Below are positions 11,610 to 22,801 of a stretch of 64,000 bases of DNA, piece after piece (the stretch's first letter is position 1; each line of letters starts with the position of its first letter). Where the stretch lies: the NCBI GenBank assembly GCA_977862235.1, contig OZ374560.1, positions 2,604,001 through 2,668,000 of the forward strand, read 5' to 3'. The notes beneath the pieces are model-generated. The model searched no databases and was not told the DNA's origin. It worked only from the letters and a program-made list of their open reading frames with translations. The DNA is from Dudresnaya verticillata (Eukaryota). The position numbers and the translations under genes were made by a program.

Positions 11610-12097
11610 GACACAGGAATGGGGTACGCAGAAGCACCTGGTCAACAAGCGTGGACGAGGTCAAAGATGCAGTTGTGCGATCGCTGTAGTACGCTTTTTC
11701 CGCGTGTTAGATTTCTGTTAAGAAAAGCGTTTCAGTTCACAATCAGGCAAGGGGAATGTATTATCCGATGCTCGATTATGTCAACAACATCGCGAAGCGG
11801 CCCGTGTGTGTTGTAAGTACACGCGGCCAGTGATTAAAAAACATAGAGGTTGTGCTTGTTGTCATTTTTCCGGTTGATAGATGTGGGCCATGTCCCTGTG
11901 CCGCCGTGGTACATCGCCGCTAAAACATAACTTTTCGAGTAGCTACTTTGGCCTTGATATGACAGGAAAATACAATACGTTGATGAGAATTGTTTCGTTT
12001 TGGGACGGAGCCACCTTACGCCTTGGAACTTTTCGAGGAGGCGCGGTAAGGTACGAAGTACTGGTTGTTTTCTTGTGCTCAATTTTAGGGCAAACCT

Positions 12098-12664
12098 ATG
12101 GGTGGATGCTGTTCTGTTTCAAATACTAATGGTGGATATTATGCAGACCACGGACCATCATTCCCGCTGGACGAGCCCGCAGAACCCACAGCAACAACAA
12201 CGCAAATGATCGAACAAGTTCAGGAACAATTTCAGGACGATCGTCAGCCTGTCTCTCATAAGGATCGTCGCGCCGCCCTCGCATTTTTCCTACATGAAGC
12301 GCAAAGGCACGCCAATGAAGCGCAAAGGCAAACCAATGAAGCGCAAAGGCAAGCCAATGAAGCGCAAAGGCAAGCCAATCCGAATAGGCCGATCCGACAT
12401 CCTCCACTTCAGCACCCTTCTTCTCACACAACCTTTCCTCCAGAGGTAGAGCGCGTTGCCAGCACATTCCCGAAAATCGATGCCGGTGCGGAACATCACG
12501 GGCAAACTTGCCCGATCTGTTTGGAAGACCTGCAGGTCGAAATCATTGCTCAAGGACGTTGTCGGCATGCGATGCACTGGAGTTGCCTTCGTGAAACGAT
12601 AAACCAGAATGGTCGAGACTTTGATTGTCCTCTCTGCAAACAAAAATACAAACCGGACGTATGA
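12098..12664 (+). CDS. RING-H2 zinc-finger E3 ubiquitin ligase with predicted N-myristoylation/palmitoylation
   Basis: N-terminus MGGCCS; C-terminal CPICLEDL...CRHAMHWSCL...DCPLC (C3H2C3). Confidence 0.9.
   Translation: MGGCCSVSNTNGGYYADHGPSFPLDEPAEPTATTTQMIEQVQEQFQDDRQPVSHKDRRAALAFFLHEAQRHANEAQRQTNEAQRQANEAQRQANPNRPIRHPPLQHPSSHTTFPPEVERVASTFPKIDAGAEHHGQTCPICLEDLQVEIIAQGRCRHAMHWSCLRETINQNGRDFDCPLCKQKYKPDV
12296..12379 (+). repeat. 4 x 21-bp coding tandem repeat (EAQR[H/Q][A/T]N)
   Basis: gaagcgcaaaggca(c/a)(g/a)ccaat repeated four times in frame inside the RING gene. Confidence 0.9.
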
Positions 12665-13149
12665 ATAGAGCCAGGCTATGAAGGCTGAAACCTTAACATT
12701 CTTCCAAAATGCACGAGGATATGATGAAGCCACTGTTATTACCAGAGAAGAATGTTGTAGCAGAGCGGGTCGCGTAAAGTTGTTTACTCCACCTGTTGCT
12801 GCCTAACAATGCAATGAGTATGAAAATTTTCGGCATTGAAAGTTGAACTGCAATTACTGGTAGAGACACGTTGTGGTACAACACTGCGGGTTGCAGGATT
12901 TGAGCCAGAAAATATGCGAATCAGTACATGTGTTAAAGAAAAATTACAAGAGTAGCTTTTCCTGCTTTGGAAAGATTCAAGCTAAGCTCCATACTCGTCC
13001 GGTTTCATTAGCTCTACGTTCCCCACGCTTCTTCCAACTTTTTATTCGTAAAGATCTCCACCACCTCCTCTTCCGTAGTGATGGTGCAACTGTGTCTTTC
13101 GTGTTACTCGAAATGCTAGCTGCTTTAAACTGCTACACTTTACTACTAG

Positions 13150-13870
13150 CTCACGCCTGCCCCTCACTTGGAGGGGCCTTGATGCAAGAATGGGGCTCAG
13201 CCCTTTGGGGCTGGCGTTGTGTTCGGGGCAGGCTTTGTGTTTGTTGTTGCTGTTGTTGTTTTTTGTTGTTTAGCGTGGTCCTACGCGGGCGACCAGGGCC
13301 CATAGGCAGGCGCCCCGTGGCGTGGTGAGAATTGGCGCTACGCACGGAATGGAAGTGGTAGCCTATGCGGGCAGTATCAAGTATTGAGAAAAGATTCCCT
13401 TTCCGTCTGCAATGGCCCGGAGATCGAGCAGGGTTGTGTAGAGTCGGGCGGATAGGACATGCCCAATGTATAGGACCTGGTGATGGTTGGGCCTTGGTGG
13501 GCTCTTTTGCAGAGGCATCGCTGCGCCGCCATGCCGGTGTATCACACTTGTCGTCTAGCGCTGTTTCGAACCCTCGTTTCCGTTGCTTGGCTTGGTGCTG
13601 GTGCCTCTGCAACTTCCTCGTCCCTCCCAACATAGATGGCAACAAGTCGGGTCCCACCCACTGCCTCTGCGCTCCTGCGTACCACCCCACGTATGTTTGC
13701 GTCATTGCGATGGTTCCACACGGCAGTTGATGGCCCACCTGCAGGCACATCGACAGGGAGTATCTACATCCGCAGAAGCTCATCTCGTCACAAGTGTGGA
13801 AGGCGATGAAACATGCTGTTGAAATAATAATAGTAACAGAGGCCTTCCACGGAGACAAGGTCTCCCCCAA
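13150..13870 (-). mobile_element. Possible old 3' fragment of a LINE related to the element at 31925-36761
   Basis: RPTLHNPAR...FSILDTAR resembles RKTLQDPAR...SSAIDTIR at the C-terminus of that LINE ORF2, and GC hairpins follow as in its 3' UTR. Weak similarity. Confidence 0.3.
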
Positions 13871-14118
13871 AAGGGTCAGGGCATGATGAGCCGACTTTTA
13901 GTTTCGAAGAAAATTGTTGTAGCGGAGGAGGATGGTGCGAAATGGCTTTTAGTCCATGAAAGGGGTTCCGATGCCAATAATGGCAATGGATTTAGTCGGC
14001 TTTTTATCGGGACCATGCTTTTTGATATTGTCCAATGCAATGTAAATTCATGATGTCGTGACTTGATTACAACTCCAGCAGTCCCTACCGTCTGTCCCGG
14101 TCAGTTCCAGGCGGCTGC

Positions 14119-14191
14119 GGGTCTGTAGCTCAATTGGTAGAGTGCTCCCTTAGCATGGGAGAGGTACCGGGATCGAAGCCCGGCAGATCCA
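14119..14191 (+). tRNA. tRNA-Ala(AGC)
   Basis: Acceptor stem GGGTCTG/CAGATCC with the G3:U70 Ala identity pair, D arm GCTCAATTGGTAGAGT, anticodon arm CTCCC-TTAGCAT-GGGAG, T arm CCGGG-ATCGAAG-CCCGG, discriminator A. Confidence 0.97.
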
Positions 14192-14200
14192 GCCACGATA

Positions 14201-14206
14201 TTTTTT
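14201..14206 (+). terminator. RNA polymerase III oligo-T terminator of tRNA-Ala
   Basis: T6 run starting 10 nt after the tRNA 3' end. Confidence 0.8.
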
Positions 14207-15411
14207 GCTAAGCTTTGAGTAGAGAGAGCAAGTGGTGCAGACAGGTAGGTGTTCTGATGTGAGAAGACCTCCGACAGCAATAAAAAGGCGTGTCAACAAA
14301 CTTCATGGCATTGCCAAATCCGGGGAGTACGGCTTGTCTGCAGAGACATTTCTGTTGAACCCCACCCATTTCTCTCGCGATACTATTTTTCTACAGCCTA
14401 GGAAGCTGCCTAGACTTGGTTGTGTTTGTTGTACTACGTACCATCGCGGCAGTGGAGTCGATGGAAAGCATTTTATTATTATTATGTGGTGAGTGCCAAT
14501 GAATCCACCGATCCTACCACTGAAACGGAGCAGAGCGGAGCGTAGTCGCACCGGACATGCTGCTCCGCCGCGAGGCAAAACCTAGGGACACACCGCTGGT
14601 GTACGGAACATAATATTTTCCCTCGCAAACTAAACTGTCCCTTTCCTCTACAGAAGGCTTTGACCTATTTGAAGACCGCGCAATTCTAACCCGTTCTGCC
14701 TTTACACTACACGATGCCGGCATGTTACAACAGCACCAAGGGGCACGAGCTACACGACAACTCCTCTCGTTGAAATGGCATATCGCCAGATTTTTTGGAT
14801 CGACGGATGTTACAACAAGCGGTATATGTATCACGCAAATACTCTTGCACGCAACGCAACTTGGCTCAGGGTATGGGACCGGCAGGTACATCAAGTGCGA
14901 CTGTAGTTTCGCAAGCCGGGCTTGTGTGTGCAAGCTTGCAAAAAGGAATGGAGTGAGCAATGAAGAAAGATCATGTCACATTTTGGGTGCATATCCGCGT
15001 TCAAGGGTTGCATCCGCCAGTCTTGGGTTACATGAAAGGCTGAAACTATGGACGATCTGAGCTTGTCTCTTGCATGATGGCATGTTCCCACTACATCACG
15101 GTTCGACATGTTGTCCTGAGGGGGCGCAACTCTGCTCTTTGGATCTCGTGGAAGCCAATGAGTGCGAAACACCGTTTTGTGATTCCGCGCGAGGAACGCA
15201 TTTGCACAGCAATTGTACGGCATGTCACTACAGTTGCAGCGTACATATCGGTATCTCTCTATTTCTTCCTTTTCTTCTGGCGCTATTCCCGTCTGCAATG
15301 AATAGACCGAAGCACATTTAAGTCGCCACCGCGCGCCGAGGTCTGCCTTCAAGTTCGCCATCACTTCCAACAACTACCGCAGCCCCACTCAGCAGCCACC
15401 TCCAGATCAGA

Positions 15412-15774
15412 ATGAAGCTCGCCGTCTTCTTCGCTCTCTGCATGCTGACCGCCGTCTACGGCGCGGCCAGTCCGAACAAACAACCGGCAAGTGCTGCTGA
15501 CATCAATGACGACGTCGCCGCTGGCAATCTGCAGCCGCAGACTGCACAGATTGTGCGTAACAAAGACTTGAAAGAAGCATTGTTGTCCAGACAGAGGTGC
15601 TCGGTCTCCTACTGCGGGTATGGGAAGCGCTGCTGCAGGGGGTACTATTGCTACGGAACGCGTTGCTTCAAAACCGAACCATCAGGATGCTCCAAGTTTG
15701 TCTGCGGCGGAGGAAAGCCGCGGTGTTGCAGCGGTTATTACTGCTGGCACGGAGTTGTGTGCCGCAGGAGGTAA
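15412..15774 (+). CDS. Secreted tandem (double) cystine-knot peptide precursor, copy 2
   Basis: Signal MKLAVFFALCMLTAVYG, pro-region ending LLSRQR, Cys spacing within both domains identical to copy 1, shared CCSGYYCW and C-terminal CRRR. Confidence 0.9.
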   Translation: MKLAVFFALCMLTAVYGAASPNKQPASAADINDDVAAGNLQPQTAQIVRNKDLKEALLSRQRCSVSYCGYGKRCCRGYYCYGTRCFKTEPSGCSKFVCGGGKPRCCSGYYCWHGVVCRRR

Positions 15775-16649
15775 GCGGCGTCTGTGTGAACAAGCGCCGT
15801 GCTCTGGAAACCATCCTGCGCACTTTTCAGGTTGGAGAACGATCCATCTTGGCTCCTGTGGATGAATCTGAGGTGTGTTTGCTTTTCAGACAGAGCCGCT
15901 GGGGAGAGTCTAGGTCTTCCTATTTGGACATCAATAGCTACCCATTCCTTTATTGCAGTGAATGAAATTGCGTGTCGTGTCAAAGGCTGCCTCCTTGACA
16001 AAGTAGAGAGAACGCAACGTTCATTTAATTTAGTTTCTGGGACTTCGTAGAGCCCTTCTCACCTGTTCTGATAAAGGTTATGTCCCTTGCTAAAACTAGA
16101 CTCCGATCGATACCAGCAATCATCCGCATCAAGCGTTTCTAGAATATAAGAGCATGGGCGGAAAGAAATGCTCATAATGGCGTTTAGTATACACAACTGT
16201 CATGGGTAGCAAGCTTACATCGGCCAAACCAAGACGGCCATGCAGTGCAATACAAGGGAGGCCAGACGAGTGAGTAGATGCAGTTCTGCAGCTGTAGGGG
16301 ATGTTCCTTTCTAGGTAGCCGGCAAATTGGCTATTCGTTTAGAGCCACAATCGAAACCTTGCAGGTTGTCAATTGACACAAGTCAATGGCAGGGTTCTTC
16401 AAAGTCTTAGTTTCCCTCTGCCTGTCCCTAAAAGGGCCGAGCGAGAAGCTCACATCACTCTTTACCCCTAGAGAGATGCACGTTAGTCAGCGAGATGCAA
16501 CTAGCCCCATAAGCTGGCTTAGCAAAGATCAGGGCCTAGACGCCAGTCAACCAGCTTATGCCGATTAACAGCCACAGAAACGCACTGTCCAGTGCACTGG
16601 AACAACTAATGAAGGGAGACGAGTGAGGACGGATACTGTGTAAACAAAC

Positions 16650-17702
16650 CTATGACGATTGCCCTTTTGAGAAGTTCAAATGAAGATCATACTCCGTCTC
16701 GATCGCAATCTCGAATGAATCTCTGCCCTTCTGAACACGGTCATGGTTCTTGTATGTAGTCTCGAAGTTATTGTTAGACATGGCAGATATCATGACAGCG
16801 TACACATGGATACAGTCTCTGTCGGTTACGCGGTTGTTCCCAAGATCAACAATGACGCGTAAGCCACCTGATAGCGGAGCAGAGGCGAAGCAATACCGTC
16901 CAGCAGACGCAACAACCGTCCACTCAACTTTTCCGCGCCACGTTTTTGCAAAGGTGTGGCCACCCAAGCAGGAGCTTTCCGACCATCCGCATATGTGTGA
17001 CAAGGTGTTCCATTCCTCGAGCTGAATGGTTTGAGGCCGCGAGCACACATCCTCGGGATGCAAAAGGTTGCGGAGTGACTGTTGATCAGCTTGACGGTAA
17101 AAGTAGCCGGTCAAGATATAGCGCTCTTCGGCTTCACTGATCTGTTTGCAAGCTTCGCGGAGTAGCTCCGCCGGGTCAGTCATGCGTACGCGGTATTGGA
17201 CTAGATGGTTGTCGCACCGGAAGTGACGGTCGTAGGTGATGAGGTGTCCGACCTTTTCTGCCACGGCGGCCTCCATGCGCATCCAGCCGCTGTAGTTGGA
17301 GGGTTGGCGGTGCGGGTAGTCGTCAATGCGCACGCAGTTGAAGCGTGTGTATGGCAGCAGCCCGTGCATGTACCAACGAGCGCCTGGGAATTGGCCTCGC
17401 GGGGTGTTCTTGGTGTACACCTTGTCCACCCAGAGAACGACGGAGGCCGTCGGGTGAACGCCCCCTTCCTCGCACACTCTGGTTGCGAAGGACTTGATGA
17501 TGCGCTTTTGAAGTGATGAGAAGATTTCAGTTTTCTTTTCCCCGCGCGACTTGTACGATAGAGCGTAGGTGGGGCGGTCGTAAGTGCGGCCTTCCCGAAC
17601 TTGGATCATGTGTTGGTTGCGTTGCGAGATGTTGGAAATGTCTTCATCGATGTGGTGGTATCGAATCTCGACGAGACCGGCCCTGTAGTCTGGTAGAGCC
17701 AT
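16650..17702 (-). CDS. Standalone HET/TIR-like domain protein (350 aa)
   Basis: Intact ATG-stop ORF. YRAGLV...YALSY...LWVD...WYMHGLLPY...SGWMRMEA is collinear with the domain in 1275-3488. Confidence 0.8.
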   Translation of the reverse strand: MALPDYRAGLVEIRYHHIDEDISNISQRNQHMIQVREGRTYDRPTYALSYKSRGEKKTEIFSSLQKRIIKSFATRVCEEGGVHPTASVVLWVDKVYTKNTPRGQFPGARWYMHGLLPYTRFNCVRIDDYPHRQPSNYSGWMRMEAAVAEKVGHLITYDRHFRCDNHLVQYRVRMTDPAELLREACKQISEAEERYILTGYFYRQADQQSLRNLLHPEDVCSRPQTIQLEEWNTLSHICGWSESSCLGGHTFAKTWRGKVEWTVVASAGRYCFASAPLSGGLRVIVDLGNNRVTDRDCIHVYAVMISAMSNNNFETTYKNHDRVQKGRDSFEIAIETEYDLHLNFSKGQSS

Positions 17703-18382
17703 AGCTTCGGGGGTTGCTGATGATTTGGTGAAGCAGGCGAGAAAACCGTCGTGGGGCGACGCAGTGTGGGTTGTTACGACGGCGTAGTGGCGTCGGCTGC
17801 CCTCACCCGCGCCGCGAGGGAAGCTTTTGAACGCGAATGGAGCGCGGGGCCGTTAATAGACGCTTCCACGAGCTATTGCGCTTCGCGGCTGAGCGGCGCG
17901 CGATGAAGGACAATGCAGCTGCAACACGTCTGTGCAGCTGTATTTTGCACTTTGATTTACGTATTCAGCGGACAACGCCCCACACACCAACCACACACAC
18001 CTCAACCGTCCAACGCGCAGTGCCCGCAACGTTCTTGTTGGCACACCACACCCTCCCGACCCTCTCCGCGCTGACCGCTGCTCCCCGGGACGGCCACCAA
18101 CCCCCGCACAACGCGTCTCATCCGTTTTCATGTCCGCCGTCCAACACGACCACACCGCCGAGCTGAGACGGGCCGCGCTGGCGACCCGCCTGCGCACGCA
18201 GCGCGCCTTTTCACGCCGCCCCGCAAACCTACCCACCGAGGCTCCACAACTGGCTGCCCCCTACTTCACCGTCCCGCGCAGCACCGCACCAGGCGGAACG
18301 CCAGGTATCGTCCCACCTACCGTCAACAGCGCGCGCGCTCCGCACAACGCCTGCCCGCCTCCCGCCGACCCATCCGGCCTTC

Positions 18383-19636
18383 ATGTCGACGCACCGCGCA
18401 GCTGGCGTTGGACGCGCGTCGCCGTCCGCGACCACGCCTGCGCTCCTGCTTCTCCTGTCCGTCTTCGTCGCTCCGCTGCTGGTGTCTTCCGTACCGCTCG
18501 CAGCAGGCATCACTGCGCGTCAAAAGTCCGATGCCGCTGACGATGCTTTCGAAGGCGTCCGCGAGTCGCTGGTAACGGCGCGCGTCGCCGCGCTATTCGC
18601 GGCTGTGCCCGTCGTGTTGCTGCTCTTGTCGCACCTGTTGCTGGTGTGCAGCAGGGCATGCAGAAGCTGGCTTTGCTTCCGCATCGCGCTCGTCGTGCTC
18701 ATGACGTCCAAGTTGATAGCCATGCCGCTCGGAATCGCCCTGCTTGTCGGCGGCGTAGTCGTCGCGTCGCTGGAGATCAGTCTCGTCGGCGTATCGCTGC
18801 TCGCGCTCATCTACACCGCGCAGATAGGCTCTTGGAATGCTGCGTGGCGACTGGCGATCATGTTGCGCTGGCTTCCCGACGTGTATCGCATGGAGCGGTG
18901 GCATCTGGACGGCCGAGGCAACGCGCGCGTGTTTCGTACAAGGCTGGACAAGTCTCACGACGAGAGGGTGCGCGACCCGTATCGCCGTGCCGAGGAATTT
19001 GTGCAGCGCATGCTTCGCCTCGCAAACGACGGCGATTCGAATCCGGAGGTCTTCCTGGCATGGCGAGACCAAATTGTCCTTGCTCTTCTTGCGCTCAAGT
19101 TTGTGTCCTTCACAGCACAGGAGCTCGCATGGCAGGAGACGACGTACCGCAAGAAAACGGGAGACATGCCTTCTATCCTATCGCGCTGGACGAAGGGCTG
19201 GCTCGGCCATCCTGGCAAGTGGTTGCGCCAGTGGCTCTCCGCAGAGTTGCAAGAGCCAGATAAGCAGGAGCAAATGCAAATGCAAAAGCTAGAGCAATTG
19301 CAAGTACAGGTACAGCAACTACTACAACTGAATGGCCATGCGGAGCAGCAGCCTCCTGAGCAAAACGACGTGCAACAGTCCACACAGAACACCTACGAGA
19401 AGACGCTACAATTGATTGTGGTCATTTTCGAATGCATCCGCCGCAGCGACCTCAAAAAGGACGATAGACAGCGAAAGCAATTGCTCAAGGTGCTCAGCAC
19501 CACGAGAGACATGGACGAGGGCTCAATGCAATGGCTCTGCGATCATGTGAAAGTCTGCATAGAAGATGAGAATGCGCTCCGCAAAGTGTTTCCACCTGAG
19601 CCGCAACCAGACCCAAACCCCGTGGAAAACAGCTGA
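18383..19636 (+). CDS. Hypothetical membrane protein (signal/anchor plus about 3 TM segments, Q-rich stretch in the C-terminal part)
   Basis: 417-aa intact ORF; hydrophobic runs LLLLLSVFVAPLLV, VAALFAAVPVVLLLLSHLLLV, IALVVLM...ALLVGGVVVA...LLALIY. No recognised domain. Confidence 0.7.
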   Translation: MSTHRAAGVGRASPSATTPALLLLLSVFVAPLLVSSVPLAAGITARQKSDAADDAFEGVRESLVTARVAALFAAVPVVLLLLSHLLLVCSRACRSWLCFRIALVVLMTSKLIAMPLGIALLVGGVVVASLEISLVGVSLLALIYTAQIGSWNAAWRLAIMLRWLPDVYRMERWHLDGRGNARVFRTRLDKSHDERVRDPYRRAEEFVQRMLRLANDGDSNPEVFLAWRDQIVLALLALKFVSFTAQELAWQETTYRKKTGDMPSILSRWTKGWLGHPGKWLRQWLSAELQEPDKQEQMQMQKLEQLQVQVQQLLQLNGHAEQQPPEQNDVQQSTQNTYEKTLQLIVVIFECIRRSDLKKDDRQRKQLLKVLSTTRDMDEGSMQWLCDHVKVCIEDENALRKVFPPEPQPDPNPVENS

Positions 19637-19929
19637 GCAGGGCCGATCCAAACATCGCCAGCCGAATGCTGAGTATAGCAACTCCACATTTTCGTTTCCA
19701 GACTAGCTCACACAACTCTCTTGACGTTTCTTGCGAGAAGGAATATTGCACGATGGCCTGCCGGGACCTTCGCACACTCACGTCCAGCACACACTGCAGC
19801 ATGCGCCCAGCGTCGTGGAGGTCGCAACAAAGAACAAGCCCGATCAGAAGCTAAAACTCGGTGAGCCTAACCGCTGCATTGGAAAGCAGCGTGCATAGGA
19901 ATACCACTCTAGCCATTAGCCGAAATGTA

Positions 19930-20970
19930 GTCGCAATAGCCTTGCGAGTGGTCTCCGCGTACGAGTAGTCGTACCATACGCTGTACGACAACATGTCCGG
20001 AATCTACGGATGCATCACGCCGGGGAACAGCCTCGCAAGCCTTTGCCTTACATGAAAGTTTGCAACTGTCGACATCTTCCCAGCCTTTCTAGGGAGGAAT
20101 GCATATGGATTCGAGCACGCTGCCAGCTTCATCAATGCGTTCACGTCCGCCACGCGAGTCCTCTCGTACGTGTTCAAAACGCCTTCTACGCTTGCCTCGT
20201 CCTCTGCCCCATCCACAATTCTAGAGCCCACGTTGAGGTCTTCCAACGCGGCATTCACATGTTGCACAAGATCTGGTAGGAAGCGATGCGCACCTGCGTC
20301 ACCCAGGAAGTCCCCGGCAGGACCATGACAATTCTTCTGAGCAGCAGCATCATTGCAGACTGTGTCCACAGGCTGAACGTGGGATTTCCAGTGCTCGAGC
20401 GGCGGCGTTGTCGTGCGCGGTTTCGCAGCGACAAACAGTCGCATGCCCCCGGGCTTAGCGCAATCCCTCAGCCGCAAGCTGGGGAACGCATTGCTCGAAG
20501 CGCTTGTCTGCATCCGCTACATCCATTCACTGCCGAGCCACTGCCAGACGCAATGATACCACGGCCCGGCACACACACACCAAGCCGGCGTGTAAACGGC
20601 GCACGCGCTAGCGGGAGAGAGTTGGGGCGGATGCGCAAGTTGAAGCGCTCCCGAACGGCGGCGCGCGGCATGCCGAGATCGGTTGACTGCGCGAGCCGGC
20701 CGCACCCCCAGGCGCCCCTGGAGAAGCCGTCGCTCATGCCGAACGAATACGCCAGCCCGCCCGCCCGCGCTACGCAGCGCGGCGGCGGCGGCGGCGGCGG
20801 CGGGGATGGTGTTGGCGCGGTCGCAGTCGGGCGAGACGTGCTCCGCGGCCGGGCAGACGCCGGTCCTCCCGGGGCCTCGCAGCCGCTGCCGATGCGCGCA
20901 AGCGCGCCCATGTGCGCGGCTGTGCAGCGCGCGCTGCACGACGGCAGCGCTATCCGCGGCGGCGCGCAAT
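19930..20970 (-). pseudogene. Degenerate FAD-dependent (kynurenine monooxygenase-like) aromatic monooxygenase fragment
   Basis: LGDAGAHRFLPDLVQHVNAALED is a decayed GDAAHxxxPxxGQGxNxxxED motif, followed by YERTR. In-frame stop after LFPGVMHP and frameshifts upstream. Boundaries approximate. Confidence 0.6.
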
Positions 20971-21877
20971 GGCGTCGAGGCCGGGCGTGGTGGGCGCGGC
21001 GGTGGGTTGTGTCATCGGTGCCGGGCGCTCCGGCGGCGGCGCGCGTCGAACGGCGCGGGTGGAGAAAGCACGGGGCGGGACGGCGGCGGAATGGGGCGGT
21101 GGGACGGCGGTGTTTGTGTCAATTTTATGTGAATTGGCGTGTGGAAGGCCGATCTCGACCAATGAATGTCCGCACGGTACATGTATCTGGGCGTGATTTC
21201 TCTGCCGTATCTCGTTTCGCTGTTGGTCTTGTGAACGGTGCGCTTCTCTCAATAACATTTGTATCGTTCATTCGAAGTCTTCCATGTCTCGTACGGACGG
21301 TGGGACGGTGGGCGGTGCCGCGTTGGAGCGCGGCGAATTTGGTGTGCGGTGATGGTTGCGCGAGGTGCGCCTTTTCGGCGTGTGGTGATTTTGTTGTTGG
21401 TCGGGCGGCGAGACGACCTCTCTCGTTATGCCCACTAATTTGGTTCCTTATCCCATAGCTATTGTGTGTGTCAATCGCCGTCAACTGAGCGTGCTAGCGC
21501 TTGGTTATCGGGAGCGAGTGGAGCTTTGCAGATGCTGTTGCGATTGATAGAAGATCGGCCTTGGGATCATCCCAATCCCATCCCAATGAGGTGATGATCG
21601 AAGATGTCCAAGTGAATCCAGGAGTGCAAGCTTTGATGCACTCTGGAGTAGTGGGCGTTAGAGGAACACTGTGAACACTCTGGTCACGCGATGGGTACAT
21701 ACTGAACATGCTGTACATGCAGGCGGTAGGAAACGGTCTAGATGAAAAGACCTCGACAACTCACCGCGCGCGCCCTTACAAAATGTTGAGAAAGCAGTTG
21801 TCTGTTGTTTAAAGTTTAATGCATACACGGAAGATACACCGCACCGGTTAACTCCAACAATCTAGAGGAAGAGAGAG

Positions 21878-22801
21878 CTACCGGCGTGTCCCACCGAAGA
21901 AGAAGTTAATTTCTCCGTTATGACGGATATTAGTGACCATATCCTCGGGGGCCCTTGGCTGGCCTTGCGGCACATCTCCACGCGGTCCAGGGCCGGATGC
22001 GTTGTCTTTGTACGAGTCGTGCAGTGCAGATGACTCGTTCGCAACCGCCTTCTGTTCTTTCCGGCACCCATCGTGAATGGGCTTCCCCATCTGGAGATTG
22101 GCGCTTGTATTAGGGCTTATGTCCCCTTGTCCAACATCATTTTCCTTCTCGAGGCTGCAGCTTTTGCCCCCATCATTGCTATTCTCCCCCTTCTTGGGGA
22201 CACTGGTTTTCTCCTTTCCTCGGCTGCAGCTCTTGTCTTTATCACTGTCGTGGGTCTCCTTTAATCTACTGCCTTTGTGTCCATCTTCAACAGTATTCTT
22301 CCCGTTTAGGGCGATGCTCGTGGCCTGGACAGCATTCTTTGTCTGCTCAGAGATCACCTTCGAGCGAGCATGTTTCTTTGAAACAGCTTCTCCGATGGGC
22401 TGCTTTCCGAAGCCTTTAACCAGAGCAGAGACGTGCTTGGTGTTTCCCGTCTGCGGGCGTTTATTTGAGCTGGCCTTCGAGCCTGCCTTTTTGTTTGCAG
22501 GAGAGCTTGGTGCTTTGGACGTCTCCTTGTGACCTGCAGACGGCGTTCGAGTAGGGAAACTCTTCAAAGACGAGCCCGCTTCCGGGTTGGCCGAGCCCAT
22601 GCGATGCGATTCATGTGTTGACTGCTTCCCATCGGCAGCTACGGGCGAGGATGCATACTTGCCAGACTTGCCCTGGGAAGCGTGGACAGAGCGGGATGAT
22701 TTCTGGGCTTGCGCCTCGGCGGGATCTTGTTGTAGCATATCGACCATCCTTTCCAGTGCGGCTTTCTTCTTTTGCGCCTTTTGCTTCTTTTTCTGACCCA
22801 T
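21878..22801 (-). CDS. Hypothetical low-complexity Lys/Ser-rich protein (likely start MGQKKKQK; may splice to 21494-21718)
   Basis: Long open frame with a basic NLS-like N-terminus and disordered composition; no domain recognised. Confidence 0.45.
   Translation of the reverse strand: MGQKKKQKAQKKKAALERMVDMLQQDPAEAQAQKSSRSVHASQGKSGKYASSPVAADGKQSTHESHRMGSANPEAGSSLKSFPTRTPSAGHKETSKAPSSPANKKAGSKASSNKRPQTGNTKHVSALVKGFGKQPIGEAVSKKHARSKVISEQTKNAVQATSIALNGKNTVEDGHKGSRLKETHDSDKDKSCSRGKEKTSVPKKGENSNDGGKSCSLEKENDVGQGDISPNTSANLQMGKPIHDGCRKEQKAVANESSALHDSYKDNASGPGPRGDVPQGQPRAPEDMVTNIRHNGEINFFFGGTRR

Noticed and set aside
20286..21458. 390-aa plus-strand ORF
   Set aside because: Low-complexity GC-rich frame antisense to the monooxygenase relic; no domain signal.
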